Positions 24,668 to 27,238 of a stretch of 27,238 nucleotides of DNA are shown here, one piece after another. This DNA is from Bdellovibrionota bacterium (GTDB taxonomy: Bacteria; Bdellovibrionota_C; UBA2361; CALJRW01). Position numbers and translations under genes: made by a program. Under the pieces are notes generated by a model. The model did not search any database. It was not told the DNA's origin and saw nothing but the letters and a program-made list of their open reading frames with translations. Within the stretch, counting starts at the first letter, position 1. Each line of letters starts with the position of its first letter. The stretch covers positions 1 through 27,238 of the forward strand of contig JBGSMD010000069.1 of assembly GCA_041740355.1 (NCBI GenBank), given 5' to 3'.

Positions 24668-26377
24668 ATGAATGTTTTAATTTCCAGGCCAGATAAAATC
24701 GGTGATGTAATCCTAGCTTTACATGCGGCAAAACAGTTAAAAGCTCATCTCCCGGAAGCTAATATCTACATGCACATCGCTGATTATACTAAGAAACTTG
24801 TTGAAAATGTCAGTTTCTTAGCTGGAGTTGTAACTACCGAAGATCCACTAAGTTCTGGAGACTTTGATGTAGTTGTCGATTTAATGGCTAAGTATAAGCA
24901 TGCCTCTAAGTTTTACAATTCTAATATAAAACGCCGGATTGGTAATTCCGCTCGGATCCATTCCCTACTTTACACGACAAGCCGTTATATTCGTAGATCC
25001 AAAGCCTTGATGAATGAGGCGGAATATAATTGGCAATTAGTTTGTTTAGTTGAACCACAACTTCGATATTCTCCGTTAGTTGAGTCACTAAACTTAAATG
25101 ATTTTAAGGAAGTAGTAGAATATCAAGAGTTTGATGACTTCATGGTCTTAATGCCCAGTGTGACTGTATCTGCTATCGGTTGGAGTTTGGAAAATTGGTT
25201 AATTTGTGGAAAAACTTTGAGTCGAAGATTTCCTGAAAAGAAAATTATCTTTTTACTTGGACCAGCTGAAAGTAAATTGGAAGAAGAAATCATTCTAAAG
25301 AATCATGGTCAAGAAAATATCTTAGTCCGAAAATTTGGTAATTTTCCTGAACTATTGGGATTTCTTGCTAAAGCAAGTTTCTACATCGGAACTTCAACGG
25401 GAGTTACTCACTTAGCAGGGGTTGCAGGTTGTGAAGGAATTGCACTTTATCCTGAAAAACTTTCCATGCACCCACGTCGCTGGGTTCCATTTAATAGCAA
25501 ATTACAAGTTATCTCCCTCGATCGTAAACCTTCTCCTGAGGTCGTAGCAAATGCTTGCTTTCAAACAATTCCCGATGAACTAAACCCACTACTTCGAAAA
25601 AAACTTTCTGCTTTTATCATTTGTTGTGACGAAGAAAGAAATATTGAAAGAGCCTTAAAAAGTATTGCTTGGTGCGATGAAATTGTTGTTGTTGATAGTG
25701 GTTCCAAAGATCGAACCTTGGATATTGCCAAACAATTTACTGCTAACATCCATCACCGAGATTGGACAGGAAACAGAGATCAAAAACAATTTGCTCTAGA
25801 TCAGTGTACTAACTCTTGGGTCTTAAATATTGACTCCGATGAAGAAGTTTCCATGGTCTTACGTTCACAATTAATTGAAATTCTAACGCGTAAGAAACCA
25901 AATGCTCAAGCTTATAATATTTCCCGTTTAATTTTCTACTTTGATCGTTGGTGGGATAAAGGTGGTTGGTATCCTGAGTATCGCTTAAGATTCTTCCAAA
26001 AGGAATATATTGAATGGGGGGGGAATGATCCCCACGAGAAGGCCCTAACAAAGGGGAAAATTAAGAAACTTGATGGTCATATCTTTCATTACACATATAA
26101 AAATGTGGAACATCAGATTGCCAGTTTGCAAAAACATGCCTTAATGATGGCTAGATCACTTTATAAAGATGGAAAACCATTTCGATTGTATAATGTTATT
26201 TTAAACCCAATTTTTCGTTTTTTTAAGTTCTACATCTTAAAAAAGGGTTATCGCGAAGGACTAGTTGGTCTTTTTGTCGCTATCCTAGAAAGTTACTACA
26301 CTTTTTTAAAATACCTAGTTTTTTGGGAACTGAAACAATGTCGTAACCTAGAAAAAAGAAAGAAAGATAATAAATGA
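24668..26377 (+). CDS. Fused GT9 (heptosyltransferase-like) + GT2 (WaaE/KdtX-like) glycosyltransferase
   Basis: N-terminal half: RPDKIGDVIL and STGVTHLA (GT9). C-terminal half: DEERNI..AL, VVDSGSKDRT, IDSDE, W.PEYRLRFF, GYREGLVG (GT2, WaaE-like). Confidence 0.92.
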   Translation: MNVLISRPDKIGDVILALHAAKQLKAHLPEANIYMHIADYTKKLVENVSFLAGVVTTEDPLSSGDFDVVVDLMAKYKHASKFYNSNIKRRIGNSARIHSLLYTTSRYIRRSKALMNEAEYNWQLVCLVEPQLRYSPLVESLNLNDFKEVVEYQEFDDFMVLMPSVTVSAIGWSLENWLICGKTLSRRFPEKKIIFLLGPAESKLEEEIILKNHGQENILVRKFGNFPELLGFLAKASFYIGTSTGVTHLAGVAGCEGIALYPEKLSMHPRRWVPFNSKLQVISLDRKPSPEVVANACFQTIPDELNPLLRKKLSAFIICCDEERNIERALKSIAWCDEIVVVDSGSKDRTLDIAKQFTANIHHRDWTGNRDQKQFALDQCTNSWVLNIDSDEEVSMVLRSQLIEILTRKKPNAQAYNISRLIFYFDRWWDKGGWYPEYRLRFFQKEYIEWGGNDPHEKALTKGKIKKLDGHIFHYTYKNVEHQIASLQKHALMMARSLYKDGKPFRLYNVILNPIFRFFKFYILKKGYREGLVGLFVAILESYYTFLKYLVFWELKQCRNLEKRKKDNK

Positions 26378-27099
26378 AAGCAATGATCTTAGCTGCCGGA
26401 CTCGGTAGCCGTTTACAAAATTTAACGGCAAATAAACCAAAGGCGCTGATTGAAGTAGCCGGACGTCCTGTTATCGACCACGTAATCAGAAAAATAAATA
26501 AAGCTGGGATTAACGAAATCGTAATCAATCTTCATTACTTCCCTCAACAAATAAAGGATTACATCGAGTCCCAAAACTATCCCTGCAAATTTGACTATTC
26601 ATATGAATCAGAATTACTAGATACGGGAGGAGCAATTAAGAAAGCTCAGCATCTTTTAAAAAGTTCTGCTAGTTTTTTACTTCACAACTGTGATGTCTTA
26701 ACTGATTTTGATTTGCAAAAACTGATTTTAGAACAAAAACAAAATAATTCCTTAGCTACAATGGCAGTCTCTCCAAATAAAAGTGACCGATTCTTATGGT
26801 TTACTAAAGAAATGCAATTTGCTGGTTGGGAAATTTCCGCAACCAATTATCGTGAAGTTTATAGTGAGGAGCACGATCTTCTTCCTTTCGATTATAACTG
26901 CATGACAGTTTTTAGTACTAAAATATTATCTTATTTCTCAAAAATGCCAGAAAAGTTTAGTATCTTTAATTTGATGCTTCGAGTTATTAAACACAAAAAA
27001 AGTATTCGTGGATATGATATTGGAGATAGCTACTGGATTGATATTGGAACACCAGAAGACTTACAAAAAGCGAATCAATACTTTAATTCTAAACGCTAA
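26374..27099 (+). CDS. Sugar-phosphate nucleotidyltransferase (MurU/HddC-like)
   Basis: MKAMILAAGLGSRL..LT..KPKAL, LLDTGG, WIDIGT. ATGA overlap with the upstream gene. Confidence 0.9.
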   Translation: MKAMILAAGLGSRLQNLTANKPKALIEVAGRPVIDHVIRKINKAGINEIVINLHYFPQQIKDYIESQNYPCKFDYSYESELLDTGGAIKKAQHLLKSSASFLLHNCDVLTDFDLQKLILEQKQNNSLATMAVSPNKSDRFLWFTKEMQFAGWEISATNYREVYSEEHDLLPFDYNCMTVFSTKILSYFSKMPEKFSIFNLMLRVIKHKKSIRGYDIGDSYWIDIGTPEDLQKANQYFNSKR

Positions 27100-27238
27100 T
27101 ATAGTAAGTCCAGAAAGTAATTTCCAATAGGAATTACTTTCTGGGGCTTACTATCCCCCGGAGGGATAATAAAAACATATAGTTATGACAAAAATCACAA
27201 AACTAACTTTTGAATATTCGGAAATTAGTTTTTGTCAT
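27100..27238 (+). repeat. Family A palindromic element, copy 3 (3' end truncated by window edge)
   Basis: ATAGTAAGTCCAGAAAGTAATT(27101-27122)/AATTACTTTCTGGGGCTTACTAT(27132-27154). TATCCCCCGGAGGGATA identical to copy 1. Module 2 ATGACAAAAA...TTTTTGTCAT. Confidence 0.93.

Noticed and set aside
21816-26528. Alternative-frame or antisense ORFs inside metG, the acyl-CoA dehydrogenase and the glycosyltransferase
   Set aside because: They lie within conserved genes and have no recognisable motifs.
1-27238. Whole window as a composite transposon or genomic island bounded by family A repeats
   Set aside because: The content is core essential genes, there is no transposase or integrase, and the repeats are dispersed and non-identical.

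Overview
AT-rich chromosomal segment of a diderm (LPS-making) bacterium. The order lysS-lolC/E-lolD-bamA-skp-fabZ-lpxA-lpxI resembles the 'deltaproteobacterial' (Desulfobacterota/Myxococcota/Bdellovibrionota-like) arrangement, but the taxonomy is inference only. About 22 credible CDS are mostly housekeeping: DUF465, pgeF/yfiH, CPBP protease, NE0047-like deaminase, purQ/purL, a GT-C-like membrane protein, the envelope operon, lysS/metG, a VLCAD-like acyl-CoA dehydrogenase, a GT9-GT2 fusion and a nucleotidyltransferase. No tRNA, rRNA, CRISPR array, transposase or integrase was seen. The most striking unexplained signal is non-coding. Several intergenic gaps are filled with 60-230 bp palindromic elements from at least two multi-copy families: family A at 1-137, 233-379 and 27100-27238 with relatives at 6019-6245, and family B at 862-1087 and 1578-1699. 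Copies differ by compensatory base changes, many have TATA-type ends, they carry nested hairpins as cargo, and they often start 0-5 nt from a stop codon. Other oddities are the absence of lpxD and lpxB from the lipid A operon, a BamA without the terminal aromatic residue, a G8 tract in the LPS glycosyltransferase fusion and a structured lysS leader.
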